This document shows, piece after piece, positions 1-8,868 of a stretch of 64,000 bases of DNA. The notes beneath the pieces were generated by a model. That model made no database searches. It was not told the origin of the DNA and was given only the letters and a program-made list of their open reading frames with translations. The DNA is taken from contig JAFYUU010000019.1 of the NCBI GenBank assembly GCA_017549445.1, positions 1,114 through 65,113 of the forward strand, given 5' to 3'. Both the position numbers and the translations under genes were made by a program. This DNA is from Alphaproteobacteria bacterium. GTDB lineage: Bacteria > Pseudomonadota > Alphaproteobacteria > Rs-D84. Numbering within the stretch: position 1 is the first letter of the stretch; every line of letters begins with the position of its first letter.

Positions 1-909
1 ACCACGAACCTTTTTATGTGTATCCAGTGCAGGTGTTGTGGCAACAATTTGCTTTGGTTCACGTGGAACCTTGGTCAAAACGTGCAATACACGGGCCAAG
101 GCATCGTGCAAATCACGGCGTTCCACAACCATATCAACCATACCGTGTTCATACAAATATTCAGCCGTCTGGAAATTAGAAGGCAATTTTTCACGGATAT
201 TTTGTTCGATTACACGGCGACCTGCAAATCCAATTCTGGCACCACGTTCGGCAATATGGATGTCCCCCAGCATTGCAAACGATGCCGTCACACCGCCGTA
301 TGTTGGGTCTGTTAAAATCACAATGTATGGAATCCCATTTGCGTGCAGTTTGTTCACCGCAACCGTTGTGCGGGCCATCTGCATCAGGGATAAAATATTT
401 TCCTGCATTCTGGCACCACCACTGGCCACGACCATCACAAATGGCCGTTTAGTTTCAATGGCATGTTCCATACTGGCAACAATCGCATCACCGGCGGCAC
501 GTCCCATAGACCCCATCATAAACAGCCCATTTAGAACACAGACCGTTGATGGAACACCGCCTATTTCGCCATCCGCCGTTGTGATTGCGTCATAAACACC
601 CGTTTCTGAACGCATTTCCGCCAGACGGTCTGCATAGGCGACCCGGTCAACAAACTGTAATGGGTCATCAGACACCGTTGGTGAGGTCAGACGTTCCCAA
701 TTCTTGTCGTCAAACAACAAATCAAAACGTTGTTTAGGGCTCATAATAAAAGCACGACCACAACGTGGGCAAATATACAGGTTATCTTTGTAATCCTTGT
801 AATAAACCAATCTGTCACAGGATTCGCATTTAATCCACATCAAGCGACGAACACGATCATAGCGTTCACGATTACGATTCTTGATACCGGATTTTTTTCC
901 AAATAACAT
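1..909 (-). CDS. accD: acetyl-CoA carboxylase carboxyltransferase beta subunit, C-terminus cut by window edge
   Basis: Absent from the ORF track because there is no stop inside the window. Reverse translation from ATG 909-907 gives MLFGKKSGIKNRNRERYDRVRRLMWIKCESCDRLVYYKDYKDNLYICPRCGRAF (CxxC...CxxC zinc ribbon), then ...GSMGRAAGDAIV...VVASGGARMQE...TDPTYGGVTASFAMLGDI... This is the classic AccD layout. The + strand ORFs 16..315 and 38..595 are antisense artefacts. Confidence 0.85.
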   Translation of the reverse strand, partial: MLFGKKSGIKNRNRERYDRVRRLMWIKCESCDRLVYYKDYKDNLYICPRCGRAFIMSPKQRFDLLFDDKNWERLTSPTVSDDPLQFVDRVAYADRLAEMRSETGVYDAITTADGEIGGVPSTVCVLNGLFMMGSMGRAAGDAIVASMEHAIETKRPFVMVVASGGARMQENILSLMQMARTTVAVNKLHANGIPYIVILTDPTYGGVTASFAMLGDIHIAERGARIGFAGRRVIEQNIREKLPSNFQTAEYLYEHGMVDMVVERRDLHDALARVLHVLTKVPREPKQIVATTPALDTHKKVRG

Positions 910-912
910 TTT

Positions 913-1191
913 TTATCCATTCATCTTTTTGGTTAGTTCACGACTGGGCTTGAATAATATGGTCGTGCTGGCCGGCAAGGGCATCGGTTGCCCCGTGCAG
1001 GGATTATACCCAATCTTGGTTGCACGGGCCCGTGGCTGAAAAGTGCCAAAACCACGAATTTCTATTCTGTCACCATTTGCAACCGATTCCATCATGTGAT
1101 CGGCAACCGTATCCAAAATCGCCCCCGCATCAGATGCACGCATGCGTTTAAACTGAACCTGGATAGAGCGAACTATATCTGAACGTTTCAT
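913..1191 (-). CDS. ihfB: integration host factor beta / HU-family DNA-binding protein
   Basis: Within ORF 913..1239. The internal Met (MKRSDIVRSIQ...) gives 92 aa. DRIEIRGFGTF and the NPCTGQPMPLPASTTILFKPSREL beta-arm are IHF/HU hallmarks. The stop lies 3 nt upstream of the accD ATG. Confidence 0.75.
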   Translation of the reverse strand: MKRSDIVRSIQVQFKRMRASDAGAILDTVADHMMESVANGDRIEIRGFGTFQPRARATKIGYNPCTGQPMPLPASTTILFKPSRELTKKMNG

Positions 1192-1348
1192 ATTTACATA
1201 TCCTTTATCTTGCACACTATTATGATTATCATAGCACAAATTATCAAGAGTAAAGTTTTTTATTTATTTTGTGAATACGTACCTGTGTGATTTTTAATCG
1301 CATGATGATAGTGTGTTTTATGAATAATTCACCAAGGGAGAAAAATTT

Positions 1349-2035
1349 ATGAATACACAGGACAAAGCAAATAATATGCCACTGATTGGGGACGTGGCCC
1401 CAGAATTTTTCGCAAATACAACAGATGGCGAAATGCATTTTCCAAATGACTATGCCGGATCGTGGGTTATTTTGTTTTCACACCCATCGGACTTTACCCC
1501 CGTATGCACGTCTGAATTTATGGCATTTCAGGCACTGTATGGGGATTTTAAACGACTGAACACAGAACTGGTCGCACTGTCGGTGGGCAGTATATCATCG
1601 CATCTGGCGTGGATTGAAGCGATTTCCAAACTGAATGACGGTGTGGGAATATCCTTTCCTATTATTGATGATGCAGGGGCAAATGTAGCACGGCAATACG
1701 GTATGATTCACGAAAATGCAGACAGCACACATACCGTGCGGGCCGTGTTCATCATAGATCCAGATGGAATAATTCGGGCCGTTTTGTATTATCCAGCAAC
1801 GTTGGGACGCAATCTGACCGAGATTATGAGAATGCTAGTCGGATTGCAGACCGCCGATAAATTTGGTGTTGCGACACCTGCGAACTGGATTCCCGGTGAT
1901 GATATTTTGATACCTTCGCCACAGAATACGTGGGGGTTGATGAAAACACTAGAAAAATCAAAAGACGAATCGTGGTTTATGCGATTTAAGCCACTGGGGG
2001 CAGATATAATCTATGATACACTGACCAAACATTAA
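1349..2035 (+). CDS. peroxiredoxin (1-Cys Prx6-like, AhpC/TSA family)
   Basis: 228 aa. The LFSHPSDFTPVCTSEF peroxidatic-Cys motif is present, and a GGGAG RBS lies upstream. Confidence 0.85.
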   Translation: MNTQDKANNMPLIGDVAPEFFANTTDGEMHFPNDYAGSWVILFSHPSDFTPVCTSEFMAFQALYGDFKRLNTELVALSVGSISSHLAWIEAISKLNDGVGISFPIIDDAGANVARQYGMIHENADSTHTVRAVFIIDPDGIIRAVLYYPATLGRNLTEIMRMLVGLQTADKFGVATPANWIPGDDILIPSPQNTWGLMKTLEKSKDESWFMRFKPLGADIIYDTLTKH

Positions 2036-2064
2036 ACAACGGGGCATTTTGCCCCGTTTGTATT
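2036..2064. terminator. bidirectional rho-independent terminator (prx / atl)
   Basis: CGGGGC-ATTTT-GCCCCG hairpin at 2040..2056, with A/T runs on both sides, between convergent genes. Confidence 0.65.
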
Positions 2065-2066
2065 TA

Positions 2067-2411
2067 TTAAAACACCAATGGAAAATCACGAATATCCAAT
2101 GGAACACCATCACGTTCAGGGTCCCACTGATACATTTCCATTATAACACGTTTATCATCGGTAAATTGAACACCTTCGGCACGCAGGGAACGATACTGTT
2201 CGGTGGCAAAACCAGAACACAAGGAACCGTCCTTGAATACAACACGGTGCCACGGCAGGTGCCAACTGTTTTTATTGTTTGACGCATATCCGACAAAGCG
2301 TGCCATACGTGGTCGGCCAATCATATTTGCAATTTGACCAAACGATGCAACACGACCCGATGGGATTCGTGCAACAACATCATAAACCTGATCATTAAAT
2401 CCTTTTGCCAT
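2067..2411 (-). CDS. alkyltransferase-like (ATL) MGMT-family DNA-binding protein lacking the acceptor cysteine
   Basis: Start taken at MAKGFNDQVYDVV (ATG 2411). The track ORF extends to 2552, where it would overlap the tRNA-Ser. The motif LPWHRVV replaces the PCHRV active site of O6-alkylguanine transferases. Confidence 0.7.
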   Translation of the reverse strand: MAKGFNDQVYDVVARIPSGRVASFGQIANMIGRPRMARFVGYASNNKNSWHLPWHRVVFKDGSLCSGFATEQYRSLRAEGVQFTDDKRVIMEMYQWDPERDGVPLDIRDFPLVF

Positions 2412-2497
2412 AGTGATTTGTATTTTATCAGGGCGAACAAAAAAGTCAAATATTTGCCCTTGCAAAATATTTACAGCACAGATATAATACCCAGCAC

Positions 2498-2587
2498 GGA
2501 GACGTGGCAGAGTGGTTGAATGCGCGCGACTCGAAATCGTGTATACGGGCAACCGTATCGGGGGTTCAAATCCCTTCGTCTCCGCCA
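2498..2587 (+). tRNA. tRNA-Ser(CGA), CCA encoded
   Basis: Acceptor stem GGAGACG/CGTCTCC. Anticodon stem CGCGA/TCGTG with loop CTCGAAA. Long variable arm and a TTCAAAT T-loop. Total length 90 nt. Confidence 0.9.
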
Positions 2588-2594
2588 GGATTGA

Positions 2595-2619
2595 AAAACC
2601 GCCGTTTTCAGGCGGTTTT
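2595..2619. terminator. bidirectional terminator (tRNA-Ser / amidase)
   Basis: AAAACCGCC-GTTTTCA-GGCGGTTTT hairpin. Confidence 0.7.
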
Positions 2620-2626
2620 AATTTTG

Positions 2627-3889
2627 TTAAACATCAAAGTTATAATTCTTGACCGATTTTACAATGGCGGACACCAATTTATCCTGATGCTTGGATGTTT
2701 TAAGTAATTTTTCTTCGGACGAATTGGACAGATGTCCCAATTCCAACAACGCCCCAGGAACAGTGGAACGCAAGACCGCAAATGGTGCGTGACGGACATC
2801 AGGGCCAGGTTGCTGTTCAATATCGGCACGCTTGAAATATTTTGCACAACCGTTAGCGTATTCTTCACTCATTTCCGCAACGGCATGCTGTTGCAATGAA
2901 GACAAGGCGATACGGATATTTTCCTCGAACTCTGTAAAGCCCTGAACGCCAATTTTATCGGCGGCATTTTCGGCCTCGGCCAGTTTTTTTGCCTCTTCGT
3001 CAGATGCTTTTTCAGACAGGGTGTATATCGAAAATCCCTTCATCTTGCGACTGGGGTTTGCGTTGGCGTGCAGGGATATAAACAAATCCGCCTTTTTACG
3101 TTCGGCAATTTCGGCACGTTGTGCCAATTTAAGATATGTGTCACCACTGCGTGTCAGGTGCGTCTGAAAACCATTCTTGTCCAGTTGGGTTTTCAATTTT
3201 TTCGCAACAGATAAAACCACGTCTTTTTCACGGGTGCCACCCTTGCCAATACAGCCGGGGTCTTTGCCACCATGACCCGCATCGATGACGATGATGTATT
3301 TCTTGGACTTAGTTTTTTGGGGTGCCGACACAGTTTCTGTTTTTTTCTGGGGCTGGGTCGGGGTGGTTTTTGTTTGTGCCACGGGAACGGGTTCTGCGAC
3401 TTCTTCGTATGTGCCATATTGACTGGCCACAGATGATGCGGTTGCCGATTTTGCAGGAACAGCCCCTGCCCCTGCGACAAAGTCCAAGACCAAACGATAG
3501 CCACTGTCACCATTGGGTTCCAAGACCATAATTGCAGATTTTTTTATTTCATCAATTGGTTTACGCAGGTTGGCAACGATTTGCAATTTGTCGCCATTTT
3601 GGACCTGGGCCAAAGTTTTGACCAATGTTCCGTCACCCAATTTAGGACTGAGCGTTGTGTTTGCCGTTGTGTTCGACAAAGACACAACCAATTGATTTGT
3701 CGGATAAGACAATGAATACGATGGACGGGCCGATGTTTCAATTACCAAACGGGTTTTGTTGCCGGGCTGGGCACCGGTTCGCAAACTGCGTAAAGAATTG
3801 CGTGACGCAAATGCAACACGTGGCAACAATGCCGTGGCAACAATCCCAAACCCTGTTATTTTTAATACATTACGTCGTGATAGTTTCAT
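2627..3889 (-). CDS. N-acetylmuramoyl-L-alanine amidase (AmiC-like, Tat signal + AMIN-like N-domain)
   Basis: Start at MKLSRRNVLKITGFGIVATALLPRVAFA, which has a twin-arginine signal. The C-terminal Amidase_3 pattern IVIDAGHGGKDPG...LFISLHANA...LLELGHLSN is present. Confidence 0.85.
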   Translation of the reverse strand: MKLSRRNVLKITGFGIVATALLPRVAFASRNSLRSLRTGAQPGNKTRLVIETSARPSYSLSYPTNQLVVSLSNTTANTTLSPKLGDGTLVKTLAQVQNGDKLQIVANLRKPIDEIKKSAIMVLEPNGDSGYRLVLDFVAGAGAVPAKSATASSVASQYGTYEEVAEPVPVAQTKTTPTQPQKKTETVSAPQKTKSKKYIIVIDAGHGGKDPGCIGKGGTREKDVVLSVAKKLKTQLDKNGFQTHLTRSGDTYLKLAQRAEIAERKKADLFISLHANANPSRKMKGFSIYTLSEKASDEEAKKLAEAENAADKIGVQGFTEFEENIRIALSSLQQHAVAEMSEEYANGCAKYFKRADIEQQPGPDVRHAPFAVLRSTVPGALLELGHLSNSSEEKLLKTSKHQDKLVSAIVKSVKNYNFDV

Positions 3890-3935
3890 GTGTGAAATTA
3901 TACCAGAAATCAAACAACCGTTCAAGCAACGATTA

Positions 3936-3961
3936 AAATTAAAAACCCGCCATTTGGCGGG
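3936..3961 (-). terminator. rho-independent terminator of the 416-aa gene
   Basis: CCCGCC-ATTT-GGCGGG hairpin at 3946..3961, followed on the minus strand by TTTTTAATTT. Confidence 0.6.
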
Positions 3962-3967
3962 CTTGTT

Positions 3968-5218
3968 TTATTTATTGACACAATTTGCAAAACTTTGTGC
4001 CACCAGATTTGTTTCAGCCGTTGTCATTTGTGCCACAGGGATTGTATAGCAACGGGCAGAATCACGAATAATAAACACCTTGGTTCCACGTTTGTATGCC
4101 GTTTGCATATCGGACATTTGGGCACTGGTTAAAAAAGCATTCTGGGTCAGTGCGTTGTTTGTCAAACCGGCCTGAACAACCTGATGTGCGGTGTTATAAT
4201 CCCACAGTTCGGAACGAGATGTGACCTCCATAAACAAAGACCAATCTTCGTATGGATTTTCTGGCATATTCTGAACCATTGGGAACGCAGTTCCAACAAC
4301 CAATGCACCAACGGCCTGTAATGATGACGGTTCGTTCGATGTTGGGTGCGAAACGGTATTCAACTGCAAATTATCACCACAGGCCAAATTCATACGATTC
4401 GTATAACCCGCCAACACTGCATCAACCGCCGCCTGCCAATCGGCACCCTTGTTATTCATTTCCAGGTTGATAATTTTTTCAGCCCAACCCCAGATACTGG
4501 CCCCGACATTGCCGGCATTGGCAAAGCGTGTGACCATTTCGGCACTGCCCCCTGGGACACCTGCACCACAGTAATCGGTCAACTGATTATTCAGCATACT
4601 GGACGTTTCATTGCCGTATGCCAATGCGACCGAGTGACATGCCATGGCGGCCTCTAATTCCTGGCGACGTTGCAGACACAGGTCAGAGTGAGAACGTGAC
4701 AACTGTTCCGCCATGTTGGCCATTGACATATAGGACATCAATTCTTGTTGCACATACGATGGACACAGACGGGCCGCCGTATTCATACCACCAGAACTGG
4801 TCCGGGTGTTGGTGTTGTATTGTGGCAACAAAACCTGGTTATCGTTTTGCAGGCACAGCAATGTGTAGTTATACAGTTCGCTTTCCGTTGCGTATTGACA
4901 TTTGGACATACGTTGTCCCGGAACGACGGTCACATCGCCACAATAATCGGTCAAGCATGCCATAATCTTTTCACGACAGGCCGTTGCAACGTCTGGCTGG
5001 GTAATCATGTAGTATGTATTGCGTTGGTTTGCCTTGTATGCGTTGGCCAATCCCTGGTTCCCACGGGCACCACTGGTCGTGGGGGTATAAATCGACACAC
5101 TGCGTTGATTAGATACAGCATTGGCAGAATTTGTCGTCCCTGCACCAACAGCATTTGCATTGCCTGCAAAACATATACCCATCAGGGCAAAAACCATAAA
5201 GAATTTCGTCATAAACAA
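3968..5218 (-). CDS. secreted Cys-rich hypothetical protein
   Basis: 416 aa. Signal peptide MTKFFMVFALMGICFAGNANA. Many Cys residues are spread through the mature part. I recognise no domain. Confidence 0.6.
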   Translation of the reverse strand: MFMTKFFMVFALMGICFAGNANAVGAGTTNSANAVSNQRSVSIYTPTTSGARGNQGLANAYKANQRNTYYMITQPDVATACREKIMACLTDYCGDVTVVPGQRMSKCQYATESELYNYTLLCLQNDNQVLLPQYNTNTRTSSGGMNTAARLCPSYVQQELMSYMSMANMAEQLSRSHSDLCLQRRQELEAAMACHSVALAYGNETSSMLNNQLTDYCGAGVPGGSAEMVTRFANAGNVGASIWGWAEKIINLEMNNKGADWQAAVDAVLAGYTNRMNLACGDNLQLNTVSHPTSNEPSSLQAVGALVVGTAFPMVQNMPENPYEDWSLFMEVTSRSELWDYNTAHQVVQAGLTNNALTQNAFLTSAQMSDMQTAYKRGTKVFIIRDSARCYTIPVAQMTTAETNLVAQSFANCVNK

Positions 5219-5330
5219 TCCCTCTCGTTAGTGCGATTTTATCATATTCCAACGCAAAACGCAATCACTGTTTTGTTTTTACCTTTATATTTTGATTGAT
5301 TTAGATGAAAAAATTGCTAATATCATAACC

Positions 5331-6402
5331 ATGATTATGGTCAATGAAGTTTTAACACAAATCGCAGACGACATTTATGCCGTCAGGGGGTTTCTTTGAC
5401 CCCGAAAAACTGAAATCTCAGATTGCAGAACTGGAAGAACAGACAAACAATCCCAACCTGTGGGACAATCCTGACAATGCCAGGGGTGTTTTACAAAAAA
5501 AATCGGGATTGGAAAAGACACTGAACGAACTGTTGGAATTGGAATCCGATTTTTCTACACTGAAAGAACTGTATGAAATCGCACCAGACGACAAGGACGT
5601 GGTTGAAGGTATAGAAAAGCTGCAAGAACGTGCACATCAGGCCAAGTTTATTACACTGTTCCGTGAACCTGCGGACAACAGTGGGGCATTCCTGTTTATT
5701 CAGGCAGGGGCCGGTGGAACCGAGGCACAGGACTGGGTCCAGATGTTAAGCCGTATGTATGCACGTTGGGCCGAACGACATGGTTTTTCATACGAAGTTA
5801 TCGAAGAACACCCAGGCGACACGGCCGGCATAAAAAATATCACGTATAGAATTTCCGGTGAACGGGTCTATGGTTGGCTGAAAAACGAAATCGGTGTGCA
5901 TCGGTTGGTGCGTATTTCACCATTTAATGCCAATGGCAAACGACAGACCAGTTTTGCGTCTGTTGACGTGTGGCCAGACGTAGATGACACGATTGAAATC
6001 GAAATAAACGAAAAAGATTTAAGAATTGATACATATCGGTCTTCGGGTGCGGGTGGCCAGCACGTCAACAAGACCGACAGTGCGGTGCGTATTACCCATA
6101 TTCCAACCAACACGGTCGTGACATGCCAAAATGAACGCAGCCAAATCCAAAATCGTGAAATGGCGATGAAAATGTTGCGAAGCAAGTTGTATGAATTGGA
6201 AATGCAAAAACGTGCAGAAGAAGAAAATGCCGTTCTGGCCCAGCAAAAGAAAATTGAATGGGGCAGTCAGATTCGCAACTATGTCTTGTATCCATATCAA
6301 CTGGTCAAAGATGTGCGGACGGGGGTGGAAAATACGGACTCGGGTGCGGTGTTGGACGGCGATTTGGACGAATTTATGTTGGCGTTATTGCAACGGGGAT
6401 AA
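5331..6402 (+). CDS. prfB: peptide chain release factor 2, programmed +1 frameshift (join 5331..5396,5398..6402)
   Basis: Frame 0 reads MIMVNEVLTQIADDIYAVRGFL and ends at TGA 5397-5399. The +1 frame continues DPEKLKSQIAELEEQ... through SPF and the GGQ motif (RSSGAGGQHVNKTDSAVR). Confidence 0.9.
5385..5399 (+). promoter_or_regulatory. RF2 autoregulatory +1 frameshift site
   Basis: AGGGGG TTT CTT TGA C: an internal SD-like AGGGGG lies 3 nt before the slippery CTT-TGA-C, as in E. coli prfB. Confidence 0.85.
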
Positions 6403-6445
6403 AGTGTTGCATTTTTTTCAAGAACAGATATAATAGGCGACAAAT

Positions 6446-6484
6446 GCACCCATAGCACAACTGGATAATGCGTCACCCTCCGAA
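6446..6484 (+). pseudogene. 5' half of disrupted chromosomal tRNA-Arg(CCG), attL junction
   Basis: GCACCCATAGCACAACTGGATAATGCGTCACC-CTCCGAA covers the acceptor 5' strand, the D arm, the anticodon-stem 5' strand and the loop. Non-tRNA sequence follows. Confidence 0.8.
6478..6484 (+). repeat. 7-bp crossover core CTCCGAA (attL copy)
   Basis: The identical heptamer recurs at 16536..16542 (attR), and at 16350..16356 inside the island-borne tRNA. Confidence 0.7.
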
Positions 6485-6606
6485 TTTCAAAACTCGTTGT
6501 TTTCTGTGGCTTTCATAAGATTTACAAAACTTTATATTTTTTCCTAGCATCAACGATTTACAGTTGTAAAATGTTTTACGTAGTAGGCGGGAGATTTATT
6601 AAATAA

Positions 6607-6658
6607 GTTAGCCATAGGTTAGCCACCATACGTTTCGGTTAGCCAGACTGGTTAGCCA
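6607..6658 (+). repeat. four direct (G)GTTAGCCA repeats, putative integrase arm-type sites
   Basis: Copies lie at 6607-6614, 6618-6625, 6638-6645 and 6651-6658, just upstream of int. The same motif recurs twice at 16432-16450. Confidence 0.6.
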
Positions 6659-6678
6659 ACCGCATAAGGAGAATCCCG

Positions 6679-7887
6679 ATGCCTGCACAATCAAATGATC
6701 GCAGATTTAATTTCACAGAAGCAACCGTTGCCGCATTACCACCTGCCCCACAGGGCAAACGAATTATGTATTATGATACAGCGGTTAAAAGTTTGGCTTT
6801 GCGAGTCAGTTCCACAACAAAAGTCTATTACCTTATCAAAAAAGTGAATAACCAGACTGTTTTTTCAAAAATCGGCGATGCAAATAACACCACTTTGAAA
6901 AACGCACGCAAACGGATGAATGAATTAATCGAACAGACAAATCGTGGTGAAAACCCAAATGACGAAAAACGTAAAATTCGTGATTCCGTAACCGTGCAGG
7001 AGTTTTTTGATGAATACTATTACCCGGACCACTCTGAATTGCGCAAACAAATATCCGCCCAGAAAATGGACCAAGTATCTATGCGACTGTATATACCATC
7101 GGACATCAAAAGCAGAAAAATGCTAACGCTGGCCCGCGCCGACATGGAACGCATGCATAACGCGATTTGGAGACGCACAAACAGCGTTTATTCTGCCAAC
7201 CGTGGCTTAAAACTAATGCGCCAGATGTTTAATAAGGCCATAGATTGGGGATTCCCCTGCACCAATCCCGCCGCACGCATAAAACTGTTCCCAGAAGTCC
7301 AACGCGACCGTTTCTTGCAACCCGAAGAATTAAGCATATTTTTCCAAGAGGTTGCCAATATACCGAATGCCACATCACGTAATTTTATATTGTTAAGCCT
7401 GTTCATGGGCCAACGCCGTCGCAACATCCAAGCCCTGCAATGGTCGGATATAAACCTGGAACGCAAGGTTGCTTATATCAAAAAGACCAAGAACGGCGAA
7501 CCCCAGGTTGTCCCACTATCCACACAAGCAATAGACCTGTTGCACGAAATGGAAACCTTTAAAACCAGCAATTGGTTATTCCCCAGCACACAATCGCGCA
7601 GCGGACACCTGGAAAACCCACAGGTCGCATGGCGCGCCATGAAAGAGCGTGCAGGACTGAAAGACCTGAGATTGCATGATTTACGACGTACATTTGCCAG
7701 CTATCAGGCAATCACAGGTTCTTCCAACGAAATTATTGGCAAAGCCCTGGGCGACAAATCGCCAGCGGTCATACCTATTTATGCACGTCTGACCGAGGAT
7801 CCGGTACGACAAAGCATCCAACGCGCAGCCGACCAGATGTTTGCCGCCGCTAAAATCAACCACAAAACCGAAGAGGCCACACAATGA
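6679..7887 (+). CDS. tyrosine integrase (P4-like, DUF4102 arm-binding N-domain)
   Basis: 402 aa with an AAGGAG RBS. The N-terminus reads FTEATVAALPPAPQGKRIMYYDTAVKSLALRV. The catalytic region contains GQRRRNI...HDLRRTFAS...IYARL. Confidence 0.9.
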   Translation: MPAQSNDRRFNFTEATVAALPPAPQGKRIMYYDTAVKSLALRVSSTTKVYYLIKKVNNQTVFSKIGDANNTTLKNARKRMNELIEQTNRGENPNDEKRKIRDSVTVQEFFDEYYYPDHSELRKQISAQKMDQVSMRLYIPSDIKSRKMLTLARADMERMHNAIWRRTNSVYSANRGLKLMRQMFNKAIDWGFPCTNPAARIKLFPEVQRDRFLQPEELSIFFQEVANIPNATSRNFILLSLFMGQRRRNIQALQWSDINLERKVAYIKKTKNGEPQVVPLSTQAIDLLHEMETFKTSNWLFPSTQSRSGHLENPQVAWRAMKERAGLKDLRLHDLRRTFASYQAITGSSNEIIGKALGDKSPAVIPIYARLTEDPVRQSIQRAADQMFAAAKINHKTEEATQ

Positions 7888-8444
7888 AACAGAAACACTA
7901 CACCCTGGCAGAGGCCGCCCATTGGATTGCATTTAGGAAAACCGATCTTTCGCTGGACTATATATACGCACATGCACAGGAAGTAAGTGACGCAAAGGAT
8001 ATTTTGTTTGATGCACTACTGAAGCAACAGATACGGATCACATCTGACGCAGGCCCAATTATATTCAGAGAATCTTACATGCTGGATTTTGAATTTAATA
8101 CAATAATACCCCCTTTTAGTTGTCCGTATGAACTAAGTGCTCCGCGAAATAACATAAAAATAAGCGCAGCAGATATGCACAGGGAATTTCCATTGGTAGT
8201 AACGGGCTCTAAAATTGAAACTGGTTATTCTGCTCCATACCTAGAAGTGGCGATCGCAGCCATCAATCGTTTAGGGATAACAAATGACAACCAACCATTA
8301 AAAAAGAATATAAACGATACCATTAAGGCAGAATTGGCGAGTCGTAATTTGCCATGTAGCGACCGCAAAGTAGAAGCGCTCGCAACTATGATTCGTTTAC
8401 CAGAAACGGAAAAAGGTGGCAATAGACGACTTAAAAACAACTAA
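7884..8444 (+). CDS. hypothetical protein (island)
   Basis: 186 aa. An ATGA overlap with the int stop suggests translational coupling. No domain recognised. Confidence 0.5.
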   Translation: MKQKHYTLAEAAHWIAFRKTDLSLDYIYAHAQEVSDAKDILFDALLKQQIRITSDAGPIIFRESYMLDFEFNTIIPPFSCPYELSAPRNNIKISAADMHREFPLVVTGSKIETGYSAPYLEVAIAAINRLGITNDNQPLKKNINDTIKAELASRNLPCSDRKVEALATMIRLPETEKGGNRRLKNN

Positions 8445-8512
8445 ACATCGACACTCGCCAACATGCTGGTTTTATTACTACTATAGGTAACCCTGACACC
8501 CTTTTTACACAC

Positions 8513-8542
8513 AACGCCGACACCGTATCGGCGTTGTTTTTT
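8513..8542 (+). terminator. rho-independent terminator
   Basis: AACGCCGA-CACCGTA-TCGGCGTT followed by GTTTTTT. Confidence 0.7.
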
Positions 8543-8659
8543 ATTACACAAACCCACAAAATAACATCAATCAAGGAAGTGCACATCGTTGAGAAATCAA
8601 ATCAAGAAATTCGATGCATCAGATTTCGAAGTTAATGATAAAAAATATGGAGAATAAAA

Positions 8660-8866
8660 ATGATCAGTTTTAATTTTCTAACGACGGCCGAAGTGGCCGA
8701 TTTATTAAGAATCAGAAAAAACACCATTGAACGGTGGCGGGTCAGTCGAACATGTCCAATACCATGGACAAAGATTGGCGGACGCGTTCTGTATCAGAAA
8801 CAAGACATCCTGAACTATCTGGACTGCCAAAAACGAACATCTAATCATCGCATATATGGAGACTAA
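8660..8866 (+). CDS. AlpA/excisionase-family helix-turn-helix protein
   Basis: 68 aa. LTTAEVADLLRIRKNTIERWRVS...GGRVLYQKQDILNYL is typical of the MerR-like Xis/AlpA HTH. Confidence 0.7.
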   Translation: MISFNFLTTAEVADLLRIRKNTIERWRVSRTCPIPWTKIGGRVLYQKQDILNYLDCQKRTSNHRIYGD

Positions 8867-8868
8867 TT

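Noticed and set aside
16-595. Two + strand ORFs (99 and 185 aa) at the window start.
   Set aside because: They are antisense to an unmistakable accD reading frame that runs off the window edge. Their translations are low-complexity and Cys-rich with no motifs.
2504-2707. 67-aa ORF overlapping tRNA-Ser(CGA). The same situation applies to 58619..58801 over tRNA-Ser(GGA).
   Set aside because: These are translations of tRNA and terminator sequence (SGVQIPSSPP, VRIPSSPP). They are not coding.
5377-5397. ORF-track start of prfB at ATG 5377.
   Set aside because: It is an artefact of the +1 frame being open upstream of the shift site. The biological start is in frame 0 at 5331.
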